A stretch of 64,000 bases of DNA from Asterias rubens. Taxonomy: Eukaryota. The notes below the pieces were generated by a model that was not told the origin of the DNA, did not search any database, and saw nothing but the letters and a program-made list of their open reading frames with translations. Of the stretch, positions 32,111 to 45,300 are shown in pieces. Every line of letters begins with the position of its first letter. Within the stretch, counting starts at the first letter, position 1. Made by a program: the position numbers and the translations under genes. The stretch lies in contig NC_047066.1 in the NCBI RefSeq assembly GCF_902459465.1, positions 20,584,001 through 20,648,000 of the forward strand. The letters are read 5' to 3'.

Positions 32111-35100
32111 GTTAAATTTGTAATTGTTGAAGTTGATCCTTAAAATCACGTTGCAGTGTTGTCGTGTGTAAATGATGCACTCAAGTGTCTAATCATGTCA
32201 TTATGTTAATTAGGTTCGCAAACTTGTGAGGCTCCTCATTAGTTAACGTACGAACCGCACGCTTGCACACGTGTAATCACGTGTCATTGGTTGAACAAAA
32301 GTTTTGCCCAATGGTAACAATATGGCATGCGCGCGCATACAACAGGTGCGACGATGAAAGAAACTTGATAACTGGCCAAGTATCTGTGCTGATGATTTGA
32401 ATGGGATTAAAAAACACATTCTTTAGAGCAGTGGAATGACAATAAACAACATCCTGTGTAATGGTGGCCCACAAATATACGTTTGATTTATAAATTTAGG
32501 CAGCCTATCCCCCAAAATAATGTTGTGTTTGTTGATATTCAATCTTGAACCGTGCACAATTTCATGAAGCCTGTAAGTACACAAACGTGCTAATGACAGG
32601 CAAATGTTACTTAGCAGAAACTGGTTACCAGCAGAAAGCCCATATAGTTGATATAGTTGTGAATGATCCCGACCTCTCGTCGTGCTTTAATAACGGACCG
32701 CGTCTTCCGTGCAGGCTCGCGGGGGACAGAGCTCCACTGGCCCCCACGGCCAGTCCCCTGCGTAGTCATCTGACTCTTTACTGGCGCCCCACCCATTTGT
32801 TTTTGCCTAGCATATAAATTTGCTAAGCAGTATTTTCTGCTTAGCACCTTTATGAAAATGGATCCAGATCATTGGTCTTTGATAAACTCGTTTAATGTCG
32901 CAGGGAAGAAGATAAAGGTCCATTTAATGGTGATTTAAAAAAAAAAAAATATTTCAAAGAAAAACAAAATTATTTTTTATATAAGAGATAATCGATCCGG
33001 GGAAGAATTTCACGGATATTTATATAATGAATCGATTGATAATACGTCTTGAAGAAATACAGGTTACAAAATCCTCCTGCCAGTATAATATGATAACAGA
33101 TGAATACTAATTTATTTTAATTTTAAAACTACTCAGACAATTATCTGGAGACCAAACATTCTCAAGATGTGCATCATCCCTGTGGTGGATGGAGACATCT
33201 CTTGTTTTTCCTTTGTCCCTGTACCTAACAATTTTCCCATAGACTTTCCATGTGGGAGAGAGATTAAAATTCCCTAATGGAGTCCTTTTAATTTCCCTTT
33301 TTCTATTGATCCCTGTAGTCTCCATAGAGGTACGTAACGAGTACACCCGAGTTCACAATTAGTAATTCACAAACAGCATTGACTTGACAGGCAATACTGC
33401 AGACAAGTTTTGAATGCAATACTTTATTAACATTCCTCAATATTATAATGTTATTAATTATGCGTACCGTGTATGCTTGAAGAGACCTCTACCTTTCAAA
33501 ATATATTTTCACATGTAAAATAAGCCGAGTCAATATTTATTATGTTACAATTACATTAAAAAGTTTATACATCTCAAAAAAGTTGTGTATGTTTATATTG
33601 CAGAAACTTTAAAAGATATCTGACAAATTCATTAATACATTTATTAAAAATCTAAATTCATTAATATGTTTATTAGATATCTTATAATTTTTGCTTTCTA
33701 AAACAAGTAGCAATGCAATTGAATCTGTACGAAAAACAACAGCATGCAAAATAAAATGTCATGCCATTTTTATGTTCGTTATTCTTATTTTAAAAGCCTT
33801 TAATGGCTAAAATGATATTTTGAAAGAGTTTACCATGTTTGTAATTTAGTGTTGGTTATCTGACAATGGATACTGAATACCAGAAGCGCTGCAAAAACCT
33901 GGGGTGTTAAAATTGACAACATGGGTGTTGTCACATAAAGACATTGAACAGAGTCAAAATGAACACCACAGGTGTAAATAACACTCTATTATTGTTTGCA
34001 GTCATTAGTTATATTTTAACATCCTTAGGTCTAAATGTAGACTTTCGTGATCTGTATGTGACAACACACATGGTGTCAATTTAACACTGTAGATTTGGCA
34101 GTGCAGCGTACAGCATAGATTTGACAGTAAGATCAAAAGATACTTTATGATGAGTTGCCAGTATTATCATAGTGACTTTTATTGTGACATCACACTTGCT
34201 AAACAAGCGCAGTCTCAGCTTGTCAGTGAAATCGAGCCCAATTCATTCAATTAATCAATGAGCTAGAAAACTGGTCAATCAATTTGTGTCAAGAGAAAGA
34301 AACATTAAACACTTATACTGCAAAACTATAAACAAACCAACTTGAGAAGTAATCTAAGTAGACTGTTGCCCAAACCCAAATGTGCGTTAAGTTTGGTCTA
34401 AACGTTGTACAGAATAATAATAAAACAATCAGCAGCAGACTATTACTGGAATTGCCACAGTTATAATTCATTACACCAACTACCTGTTAATATTTTGAGG
34501 CACTAACTTTAGACAGTGAATGTTGCATTATCAGGTCTTGTTCCTGAGCTCCCCATTATAAACAGATGCTGTGAGAATTCACAACACATACAACCTATAA
34601 CCTGTAACGACATGGTCGATTTCATAGGCTGCTTAAGCACAAGAAACTAGCTAAGCATTACAAAATCCGGCTTACCAGAATAAGATCACCAGCCAAATAC
34701 TATGCCACTTGTACAAAGTGTGACTGGTACCCTGCCTATCCTTGCTTTGCAGAAAGTTGTTAAGCATTATTTTCTGCCTAAGCAGCTTGGTGAAATTTGA
34801 CACGAACACAAGTGTGTTAACTTTGAAATGCCTAAAAACATAATTTTCATATCTGCAATGATTGGTCAAATAGGTCAGGGTGAATAAACAGCCGAAGACG
34901 GTGCATACTATCAACATGTTTCGTCATTCACTGTGAGTGGTCATTACATTTCTAAATTAATTGGTCAAAAATGAAACTATTTCACCTGGTGTTGTGAATT
35001 ATAAATAATTGTATTAAAGTTGCTGTAACCCTCGCAAAATGCGCATTTGGTCACAATGTTGTAAAAAATAATTGTTACCAGTATTAAAACTTGAAGTAAG

Positions 35101-35479
35101 CTTTAAGCTGAACTGTAAAAGCACCAGTCAGAAAACTACATAAGCAAAAGGCTTGATCTTTTGTCAGGCCTATATTTTTGCCCATGATCAGAAAAGAACA
35201 CTTTATGCTATCTCTACACATGAGGAGATGGCTCAAGACAAAGTGTCCGAAGAATATTTTTGAGCAGGGGTCACCGAGGCCAAGACCGGGCAATCTTGCA
35301 AGTGAGAATATTTGTATATGGGTATGTAAGTGCAAAGACAGGCACGTTATACTACCACATTATTTCAAAAAGATGAAACAAGTCAAACCGTTATTTACAC
35401 TAACTCCATTTAAAACAAATGTTTCTCCATAACTGTCTTAGACCAATCCATTTTAGGTAAGTTTCATATTTATATCCAG

Positions 35480-35610
35480 GGGTCGATTTCACAAAGAGTT
35501 AGCACTAGCCCTATGAGATATTAAAAACTGAAGGCTAGTCCTAAGTTAGAATGAGTAACTCATCCCAACTCGAGATAAGAATAGTCTTAACTCTTTGTGA
35601 ATTCCACCCC
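35480..35610. mobile_element. Short Harbinger-like MITE
   Basis: gggtcgatttcacaaagagtta ... taactctttgtgaattccacccc; a related copy lies at about 44140-44315. Confidence 0.65.
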
Positions 35611-37714
35611 TAGAGGAAATCAATATCAGATCAATCTATAACATCAAAGAATAAGTAGCACCCTTTCGTTTTCAAGCTTATTTTAGTCACCGCAGAAACA
35701 AACATGAATAAGAAATTCAAGCGACGATTGGTCAATAAACGTTGTGTATGTAGCTGTGGTCGGTAAAACCACACACATAGGTCAAGGGCTACAGTAAGAT
35801 ACAGTACTAAAAATAACAAATATAATTAAAAATCTAAAGCAGTCTCCAAATAAACCAACTGTATATTAACCATTTGAAGTATTAGAGTGAAACTAAAGTT
35901 TGCATGATTGATTAATGCACTTTCTGGTATCCATTATTCTCTGCTTAACACATTACACTCTGCTGAGTATCTTCCATGATTGCTTCAACACAAAGTATTT
36001 TTATACCCTACACCAATACTTGTAAGTATCCAAAATAATACCAGTAACACTGTACACGAGCAGCTCAGGAACTGTTCAATTTGTCATTATTTTCTCAGTT
36101 GTCATGGTTTTTAGGGAACTGTAAATACATTTGTAAATGAAACATTTTTGAAAACATATTTTTTTTATAATACACATAGTGAAAATGTAAAATAGAATAA
36201 TTTGAAATGAATTTAAGTTTAAGAGGGGCTTGGAAACAGCATTCTCTATACAGCTTAGACAATTTGCCAAACTTCAGACAGCCCCAAGTCTGTTTGCTCA
36301 ATTTACAAAGATAAATTTTTTCTCGAGTAGGAGTTATAATATTTCCATACCATTATTATAATATTCACAAATAGAAAAATATCTTAAATATCATTTCAAA
36401 AAGTTATTAACAATATCTTCTGTACAAAGAACCTTCCATGTACAATAACATCATATCTGCATTTTGCCCAAAGCAATGACGACAACTGTGTTTTTATCTT
36501 TATAAAATAAAAAAATGAAAATATCTGGAATGGAAAAAAAAAGCAAAATAACTAAATAAATGTGTGAAGTTTTAAATGAATATTTTAACCAAAGAAAATA
36601 TCATGTCAAGTACTACCTTGTTATTCCTATGCAATTCCAACCCTATCGAGACATGCATGCAGCCAACATAGCCTGGCACCTTTTTGTGCAGCATGCATGT
36701 TATGTGATCCTTAATACAAAAGTGTGGTACAGGCTAACCCACAAAACAATTTTCAAAATCTTAAAATTCGAACCCTTTTGTCATCCTTCCTGATTGAGCT
36801 CACCATTAAAATTGACAACTGATTCATTTTTATTCTATTTCGAGTTGTTTTCCCCCAACAAAATTGTAATAAAACATAGCTGGTTGATTTTAACAAAATG
36901 CATTGTATAATTTCCTCAAACAGAGAGCATACTCAGTTAAAGAAACATTTTCTAGCTCGCTTGTTACTTCCTATTTGCAGATAAAAAAGGGAAATAAATG
37001 TCAATAAGGAACAACTTAAGCCATTCAAACATTTCACCAAACTCCCATGGCATTTTGACCAAAATAATCACAACATATTTGTACATGTGTCAATGAAAAG
37101 TTATTTTTTACATTCTTTTGATGAAAACACAAGCCCCAACAAAAGTCAATTAAGCCATATGTACATGTATATTAAAACAAACGAATACAAAAATCTTGGT
37201 TAAACTCCATATAACAAACTGTATACACAAGTGCAAACAATGCACAAATTCAAGGGGACCATCAGTTGGAACCAATTTACAAACAGCTTGCTGCAACCAA
37301 CAGTTTATTTTTTCCAGAAAAAGTCATGAACAAATGGATCACTAGCAGACCAAAAGTCACTGGTTAATTATTGTATCGCATTGTATTTCCTTTTTTAAAG
37401 ATAAAAAGTTAGATCAAATTAGTTTTAACACAATTTTGCCCCTTTTTGAGTATGGAAAAACAAAAAGAAGCTCTGCGCAAATAAAAAGAGACATATGTTT
37501 TCATTCAATAAGGTCATCTGGATTGTTGATAAGATGACAAGGTTTTGTTTTCTTTCCACAAATAATATGTAAGTAACATCTGCATTATTTTTAGATTCGA
37601 AAAAACAAAATTCATAATCCAAGATGTAATTTTTCTTCCTTGATTGGAAATAATGCACCACTGATGTATTGACAGCCAACAAACAAACATAATGAACTTT
37701 GAAACTGCTTAGTC

Positions 37715-37883
37715 CAGGCTCAGAATTACACGCAGGCAACGGACGCCATGGCCTCCAATGCCCCTTGTCTTGGCCTTGGTGCCCCTTCAAAAGTTCCCCA
37801 TTGACATTAAAGATTTTCCAATGGAAGTGCCCTTTGCAAAATAAAAATGGCCTTGCCCTTTTAAAAATGAAATTCCAGGCCTG
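37715..37883. mobile_element. Copy of the abundant CAGGCCTGGAATTTCAT MITE family
   Basis: Ends aatggccttgcccttttaaaaatgaaattccaggcctg. Related copies at about 18290-18362, 45302-45454, 45961-46143, 46880-47105, 52651-52822, 54904-55086 and 63581-63769. Confidence 0.75.
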
Positions 37884-38996
37884 TAAGACCACCCCATCCT
37901 CGAACCGTCCCAATCAGGAAATACTGTACTGTATGTTACAGCGCCAGGAGCGTCACTGAGTGACGAATATGCACACTTTATAAGAAGCCACTACTAAAAA
38001 AAAAGCACCTTTTCATGAAAACAGCAATGTTACAATTCCTTATTTGAAAAAAAATACATGACTTTTCTTTTTCAAGTACTTGTAATTGTGATTGTGTTCT
38101 CTTCATGTTAAATCATTTCAATTTGTTGTTCTCACTGTTCATCAGGTTATTAAAAAACAAAAGCAAAATTGGGACTGCATTTTTTTTTCAACACAAATGG
38201 GTTTGCTTTTTTACATGTTAAAAAGTAATATCAAACTGTTGATTTCAGATTTAAGTGTTGAGTGTAAGCAATTAACGGCATTGAAAATAAGGTAAATTTG
38301 AGCATTTCAGAGCTTGTATCCTTATAAAAATTGCAAATAGGTAAAAAAAAAAGCGTCAAAAGCAAAATGCTTGATCAAGGCAATAAACGAGGCAGCTCAT
38401 CTACATCTACATGTACTGTATCATGTGCTCTATTCTTATTCATACAGGATACAGAGTGTGATTTTCTAAACAAATTACAGAAATACAGGTCCAAAAAAAG
38501 CGAGTGGACAAGTAGATTTGGCAAAAAAATGTTGTTGGCAAAAGCTAAACAGTGATCATCTATTTTAACACAAAGTTCTAGTAGATTTCAAATAAGCAAG
38601 AAATGCCATCAACTTTTGCAGAGTATCTTACATAAATCTCCAAATTAATCTCATTATTTTGAAATATGTAGCATATCGAATTGCAACACAATTACAGTAT
38701 GGATAACAACATGTATTATGTACTGCTACATGAAGACAATTATCCTCAATCAGATAAAGATACTCTGCATATTCAAGAGTGTTTCAAATGACCTTTGACC
38801 AGTCTGCTTCTTTAAGTTGCTGCTGTGCCCAAACAATAGACCCTTCCCGTGAAATATGCTAATTACATTCATGCATGCATACATTAGCCCCATACAAAAC
38901 GGCGCGATGTTTCCTCATTTTGCACACCAAAAGGTTAATGCACAGGCGCTATGTGCAATTTACATATTACATGGGGAGGGTCTATTGAAAGCTTGT

Positions 38997-39392
38997 TTAG
39001 ACAAATGAATACTGATTCCGTACTGCCCTCGCCGATGACCGATGGCCATTCTGACCATCCCGTGGAGAAGGCGACTGACCGGCCGAATTCATGGACAAGG
39101 AAAACTGGCTGCCGGATCCTAAGAACTCGTTTGAAATCATGAGGGAATTTGAGGTGCCGAGCCCTCTGTTGGCACCATCCGGCGTTTGTGGTGTAAGCGG
39201 GGTGCTTGGTGTGCTGACTGACTGCGCATTCGGGACGAATTCGGTCAGTGTGACGTCCGGTTGGATTGCACCATCTCTGCTGTCCAGTGGTATAGGATGG
39301 GAGCGAAAGTAGTCCAGCATGTCAAAAATACTTTCAAACCACATGTGTGTGACTTGGCATCGACAGCTTTCATCCAGAGTCATGCGTAAATG
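38997..39392 (-). CDS. SH2B: SH2B terminal exon (SH2 C-half and NQYSFV tail)
   Basis: ttttgttctacag|CAT TTA CGC; 131 aa + stop. Confidence 0.96.
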   Translation of the reverse strand, partial: HLRMTLDESCRCQVTHMWFESIFDMLDYFRSHPIPLDSRDGAIQPDVTLTEFVPNAQSVSTPSTPLTPQTPDGANRGLGTSNSLMISNEFLGSGSQFSLSMNSAGQSPSPRDGQNGHRSSARAVRNQYSFV

Positions 39393-42300
39393 CTGTAGAA
39401 CAAAATAGAAAAAGTCATGATCCACACAAACATGCCTCTGAATTGCGTGGTTTTCCTTTTACTTTGCGATTTAACGCGGTTGGCCCTTTGCTGGCGTGCA
39501 GTGTTAGTTCATCACAGACAAGAAAAACATTACAAGGTTTACAGACAGTACATATACATCACACAAAACTACAAGTTTTGACACATCCCAAAGGCTTCTT
39601 TCTTCATTATTGACTCTTACCTTTGGTCTGCCATGAAAGTTGAACGTCAGTACGCATTCCCCACGTCTTGTTTCACTCTGTCTGACCAGGAATACGCCAT
39701 GTCTTGTGTTACCTCCTTGTAGGACAAGCTGTGCTGCATCCACCCTTGATAACGTACCATGAAACCATGGGAACTCGTTCAGGTGTTCCGATGTTGAGGC
39801 CATTGGGTCTGATGACGGTTGGTTTAAGTTTTGATTTGATCCATCTATAAGTTAATACAAAATTAAGAAAGTAAAATAAATCATGTTCTGTAGTTGGCTA
39901 TGTTTGTTCCCTAAATTGAGAAGTTATTCGTTTGCAATACAATTTTGAATTTGAAAGAATGAAATGAGATGATATTTGTAAAATGTAGGCTAAATAACAA
40001 CACAACAGGTTTGCCTCTGCTACATTTTGGGTTGGTAAGCAGTTTGCAACAGCTACATGTCGTAATGTTTTGTAATTCTATTTTCTCATAATATTAATTA
40101 CGTGTACTGTACATGAACATGATGAAGGCCAGTAAATATCAAGCGCACATGTACAGTACATGTACATGTGCTCATGTAAATATTTAGATGTTTTTTTATG
40201 AGGAATAACAAGAGTAGGCCTAAGGCATATGATAAACCTTAAAGTAACGTCCAGATTGATAGTGCTAGAGTGTACATGTACTGACTGCATGCTGTAACTT
40301 GTAAGAAAACAATTTGCAGGAATAAAAACCATGAGATTTTCTATCAAAACTTCTTGGAGTTCAGCTTTTCTGATAAGAACTTTCTCATACATGTAGGGTT
40401 CCTGTCCCCTCTCCAATAAATGTCAATATGACTCCTTCACTTTTACAAGGAATCAGTCGCACGCAAAGCCATTACTCTACGGAAACACCCCAGCCATACA
40501 GCTTAGAGTCCACCAGCTTGTGCAGTATTGCCAAGGCATGGCGGTATATCTTTAGCAATCTGTTAAGACGACGTGCCTTTCAAACTGTCACTTGTACTCT
40601 GGCTTGATACACTTTGAATACCATATCACAGGATATGAATAATACAGGTACGAGTGTGCGTATACACACATGGATGACATCTAGTGACCTACGTGTGCAA
40701 GAATGAACTGCGAGTTAAAGCGCACTTTAGATCTTTGAAGCTGCTCCTTAATCAAATCTGCAAGGAGATATGACAACAACTTCATAAATGTCTTCATTAC
40801 CTTTCAAAGTCAAGTAGACCAAATTGACTCAACACATGTAACATGTGTGCCAACTCGGACAGAAGACCGGTGATTTTAGCCTCTGGCCAGTAAACTCAGG
40901 ACTGGACAAGTCCAGTGGTCTTGTTTGTTTTTCATTTGACTAAAAGAACCTCACTGTGTAATAATATCCTTACCTTTTAATTGAAAATTAATATCTTTCA
41001 ATTGAATTCATGAATTCATGGTGTGAGCAAAATACTCAACACCTTACGTACTATGTCATAACACAAGTACATGTACTTGTTCAAATAAAAACAGTTTACC
41101 CTAAACCATGAAGAAAGTTCTCTCTCATTATACTCTCTGGGCATGTAAAACAAATGCTGGTCCAGCAAATAATATGCAACCTACTGTACAAGCCCTGTGG
41201 TCTTGCTGACCCCCCCCCCTCCTAGCCAAAGGTCATCTCCACTGTTATGGTCTAGTCAAAATTATTATTTCAAATCACACGGACAGAAGACTCACAAGTC
41301 ACTTTGGTCATAGTCCGGTCAATTTAAAAACCAGCAGCTGCCTTAACTCAACAAATCCCCCTTGATACAACTACAAATTAGGTCTCGGTTTAACCAATAA
41401 ATGGTCATTGATGACATCTTTGTTAAAAAATATCAAACAAGTTCTCTTGATTGAAACACATGTACTACTAGTGTAGAACGCAGACATGAAGCTGCAAAAC
41501 AACAGGAAATGGCCATTAAGGGAAAACAACTTTGTACAGTGTTTTTCCTATTTTTTATGGCACTGTTTTCTTTTAAGGAAACAAGGAAATCAGCTGATCA
41601 GCTGAAAAGATGCATGCCTGTGAGTTGCACACACTTTTACTGTTTGTACTGTTTGTGGACAAAACATTGTACAATTTATTACAATTAAGTTAGACCTTTG
41701 AAGGAAGAAAAAATGTTGAAAAAAACAACATGGTGGAGTAACAGGGGGGATGTCTAATGTACAAGAGCGATGATGTCCACATGTTGCTTTTGTGTACAAA
41801 ACCAAAAGGAACTAAAAAAACAGCGAATCCTTGATTTACGGGGCCTACATGTGCAAAAATGTGTGTACATGTTACATTGCGCTGTTTGCATAAGTTGACA
41901 TACATGTACATGATTGCACATGTCGTTGGCCTGTAAAAATCTCTTCCTGGAAAAATAATATCTGTATCAGCATGTGTGAGCCTCCAATCGGAAACATGTG
42001 GGTGGAACTAATGCATTAGATTTGTGCCTCAGTGTCTGACAGAAAAAACATGTGCACAGGAATGAGGAAGACATCTGTGCGTATTGGGTGGAAATTAAGC
42101 TAATTGCATTACATTACACATTACAATTGTACAGTTCACCGTACACTTGAAAGTTTCACTGCACGTAAAAACAGCACCGAGTGCACAATCTTGTTTCACA
42201 AGGCCAGACAAGTACATGTACAGACCAGTCTTGTAAAAGTAGAAACTGATGGTAAGGTAATAAAAAAAATATTGTTTGAAAGGTGATCGCTAAAAACAAA

Positions 42301-45300
42301 AATGTAAATAATCACTTCTTGGAAATTATGCAAAACATGTAGGCCCTACCAATGACAAGAGGAAAACATGGTGACCTCATTTGTTTAAATTCCGGGAATT
42401 TGAAATGCTCTTCTCCGCATTAGACCTATTGTTCAGATCTAATTGAACAATCATCTCTCTTCTTACTGGGCGGATTAAGGTCCACCGTTATATTGTAATG
42501 ACGTTTCGTAAACTACATGTAACACGGAACGCCATTTTGTGGAGTCAAGTTTTTGACTCCATAAAATGGCCGACCGCGTGTAGTTCACAAAGTAAAAGGA
42601 AAACCACGCAGTTTCGAGGCATGTTTGTGTGGATCATTATATTCTACATCTTTCTAACTATGCAATTCACAACAAACGGTTTCAAACGCTTTTCAAACGC
42701 TTTTCATGGACCAACGTGTCCCTTTAAGCAGCACTACGAAATTGGCCCTTGCCTGTTCATAAAAACACTCACCTTGTAAACGTGATTGAGTCTGCATAGG
42801 CATTTCAGGGGTTGTTGGTACATCTGAGCTGCCGCTAGGTAACCGATCTAGACTGTTGCCTTGCCGACGTCTAGGGGGTACCTGCGGTGGCGGGGACGAA
42901 GGGGGACTCGGATCTCGACTGGAGAAACCCTCGATGGAATGCTCTGGTGTTAAGGGACTCCTTGAGTTAGGACCGTTTGAATCTGATAAAAAGCAAAAAC
43001 ATATCCATGATCATTGATGCAAAATTACAGAAAAAGTCATTTCATTTTTATCCTCTAGTTTTCAAGATGGGTGACAAGCAATCATCGGAACTGCAACCTA
43101 CATGTACAGGTCTGTACATCCTAAAGTTGCAAGGTACAATGTACATGTAGGTAGCAGTTGCATTCTACTCTACCAGCCATGCTCCTAGTGGATAACAGTA
43201 TACATGGACATGTACCCATGCCTACATCCTTACAGAATGAGAAGGGGGTAACCCTGTTTCAGCCCCAGGAGAAGGTGGCAGCGTGCCCCTGGTGGCACTT
43301 AATTTTGGTCAATAGCCCAAATCAGTGCAGCCCTCACCTAGAAGTAACCGTACATGGCCTTTTTATAAGGCAATCTCTTGAGTAATTAAAACAATTTAAA
43401 AAGGAGAGGAGAGATTTGTTTGGTCTATTCGGGTCTCAACTTCACGAACGTTCTTGAAGGCTAGGATTTTTCTGAGTTTGGGATTGGTCACTTGAGGTTT
43501 TGGTTTAAAAAGTTGTTGGAGAAAGGCTCTTACCTGATTGTGGGATTTGCACTGTGAGATTTGGTTTTGGTCTCAAGAAGTTTTGAGTGGAGGAAGTTGA
43601 TGATGGTAGATCAGGCAACTGAGGCACGCTAGGTAACGGTCTCCTATTACATCAAAAAAGAAAATGACGAGTTAAAGATTTAATTAAATTTAATTACATT
43701 ATAAGTACATCTAAATTTCTGTAGGATTAAAACAATCGAACAGTTCCAGAAACCAAAGGTATACTTTGCCTTTATTATGTCATAATAAGGAACAGAGTGT
43801 GTCAGGAACCTTTGGTTTGTGACTAATACTCAACATAAAGGACGGAACTGTCGCAGAAAGAAAAAGTAGGCTAAATCCTTATTTTTTTACACACCATTAT
43901 CAAAATTGAAGTGAAGCGTTTGAGAATTGTTTAATATAAATAATTGTATGCGTGTACATTTAGATACTTGTGTAAGATTAGAAGATTAGCATACACATAC
44001 ATGTTCACGGAATTTATGTGTACAGGGTTGGCCCCTAAATTTTTCAGTGACTGGCCAGCATTTTACACTGCTTTCTTCAGCTTTTTACACTCAGTCAATA
44101 TTTGAAATGAACTATAGGGATGTTTTTCAACACTACTAGCCACCCGTCAATTTCACCAAACTCTTCCTAACTTAGGATTAATCTTAGGACGTAGGATGAG
44201 TTAAGTTCCGTATCCATAGACGTTCTTTAGGGCGCACTAAACCCATCCTAATGTAAGTGACTCGTCCTATAAACTCGAGATAGGACTAATCCTAGCGTTT
44301 CGTGAAATCGGCTGCATGAGTGGTTCGCATGTGTTTTAATTAGCATTTGGCCAGTATTGGACCACTGCTAAAGTAGTTTCGCGTCAGGCCAGTAACTCAC
44401 CATTGGACAAGTAAGTCTAGGGATACAATTTGCACTGTGAACATATGTAAAGTTGTGACCAGAATTGGAATGGAAATATATGTTAGTTTAACCTCACACA
44501 GATGTATAAAAAGCACTGAACATTATACACACTCCTAACTTTCCGGAGTTCTTTGAATGAAATTTGATAGTCTTACCGTACTTTATTGCTAAAGATCTTT
44601 GAGTAATTTAACAGTAAAAGATTGGCTGCAATGTTATCAGTTTTTTCCGCCGACCATAATGTAGACAAGTATTGAATTCCTCCTTTTTCAGGTTTAATAT
44701 TTCAAATGATTTAATATTGCAATTCTGTAGTAGATGATGATGTACTCTTGATGTATGTAAATATACATGCAACACTCATGTACACCCACAGTGTATAAAA
44801 AAAACGTGTAAATCACAGGGTTTTTTTTCTCCTGAATATGTGCATTACACGTTGACACGTTCCAACCCACATGGGACCGAAAATGAAAACCTGAGTCATC
44901 GCACTGAAGGCTTACATTAAAGGCCAGATGTACAGGTACAATAACAAGTTCACTTTACAGTCACAAGCAAAATGTACAGCTTTAGTTTTCAGTTTTATTT
45001 TAGTAAAAAGTACTTCTCCATTTGAAGACGAAATTAAGATTGTACAAAGCTTGAATGTGTAGTTGACAAACTGTACAGTGTGTTCTTCTTCAAATTTGTG
45101 TACTTTGTACAGGCATGACAGGCAAAAGAAACCATTTCAAAACTGTTCAGGCTTGGAAACGGCCGCCATCTTTGATGAATCGTACACGCGTGAAAGGCCG
45201 TCATTGGCTGAGAGTCAGAAATGCGTGGACATTTCCATTGTTTCACATCAAAGATGATGGTCAATCAAATGATGTGCAATCCATCAACTATACAGAGGCC

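Noticed and set aside
43400-43525. Partial degenerate duplicate of SH2B exon 43534-43643 with an open frame ([15 protein letters not shown]...)
   Set aside because: Out of frame with the exon; read-through stops after 10 codons and there is no acceptor.
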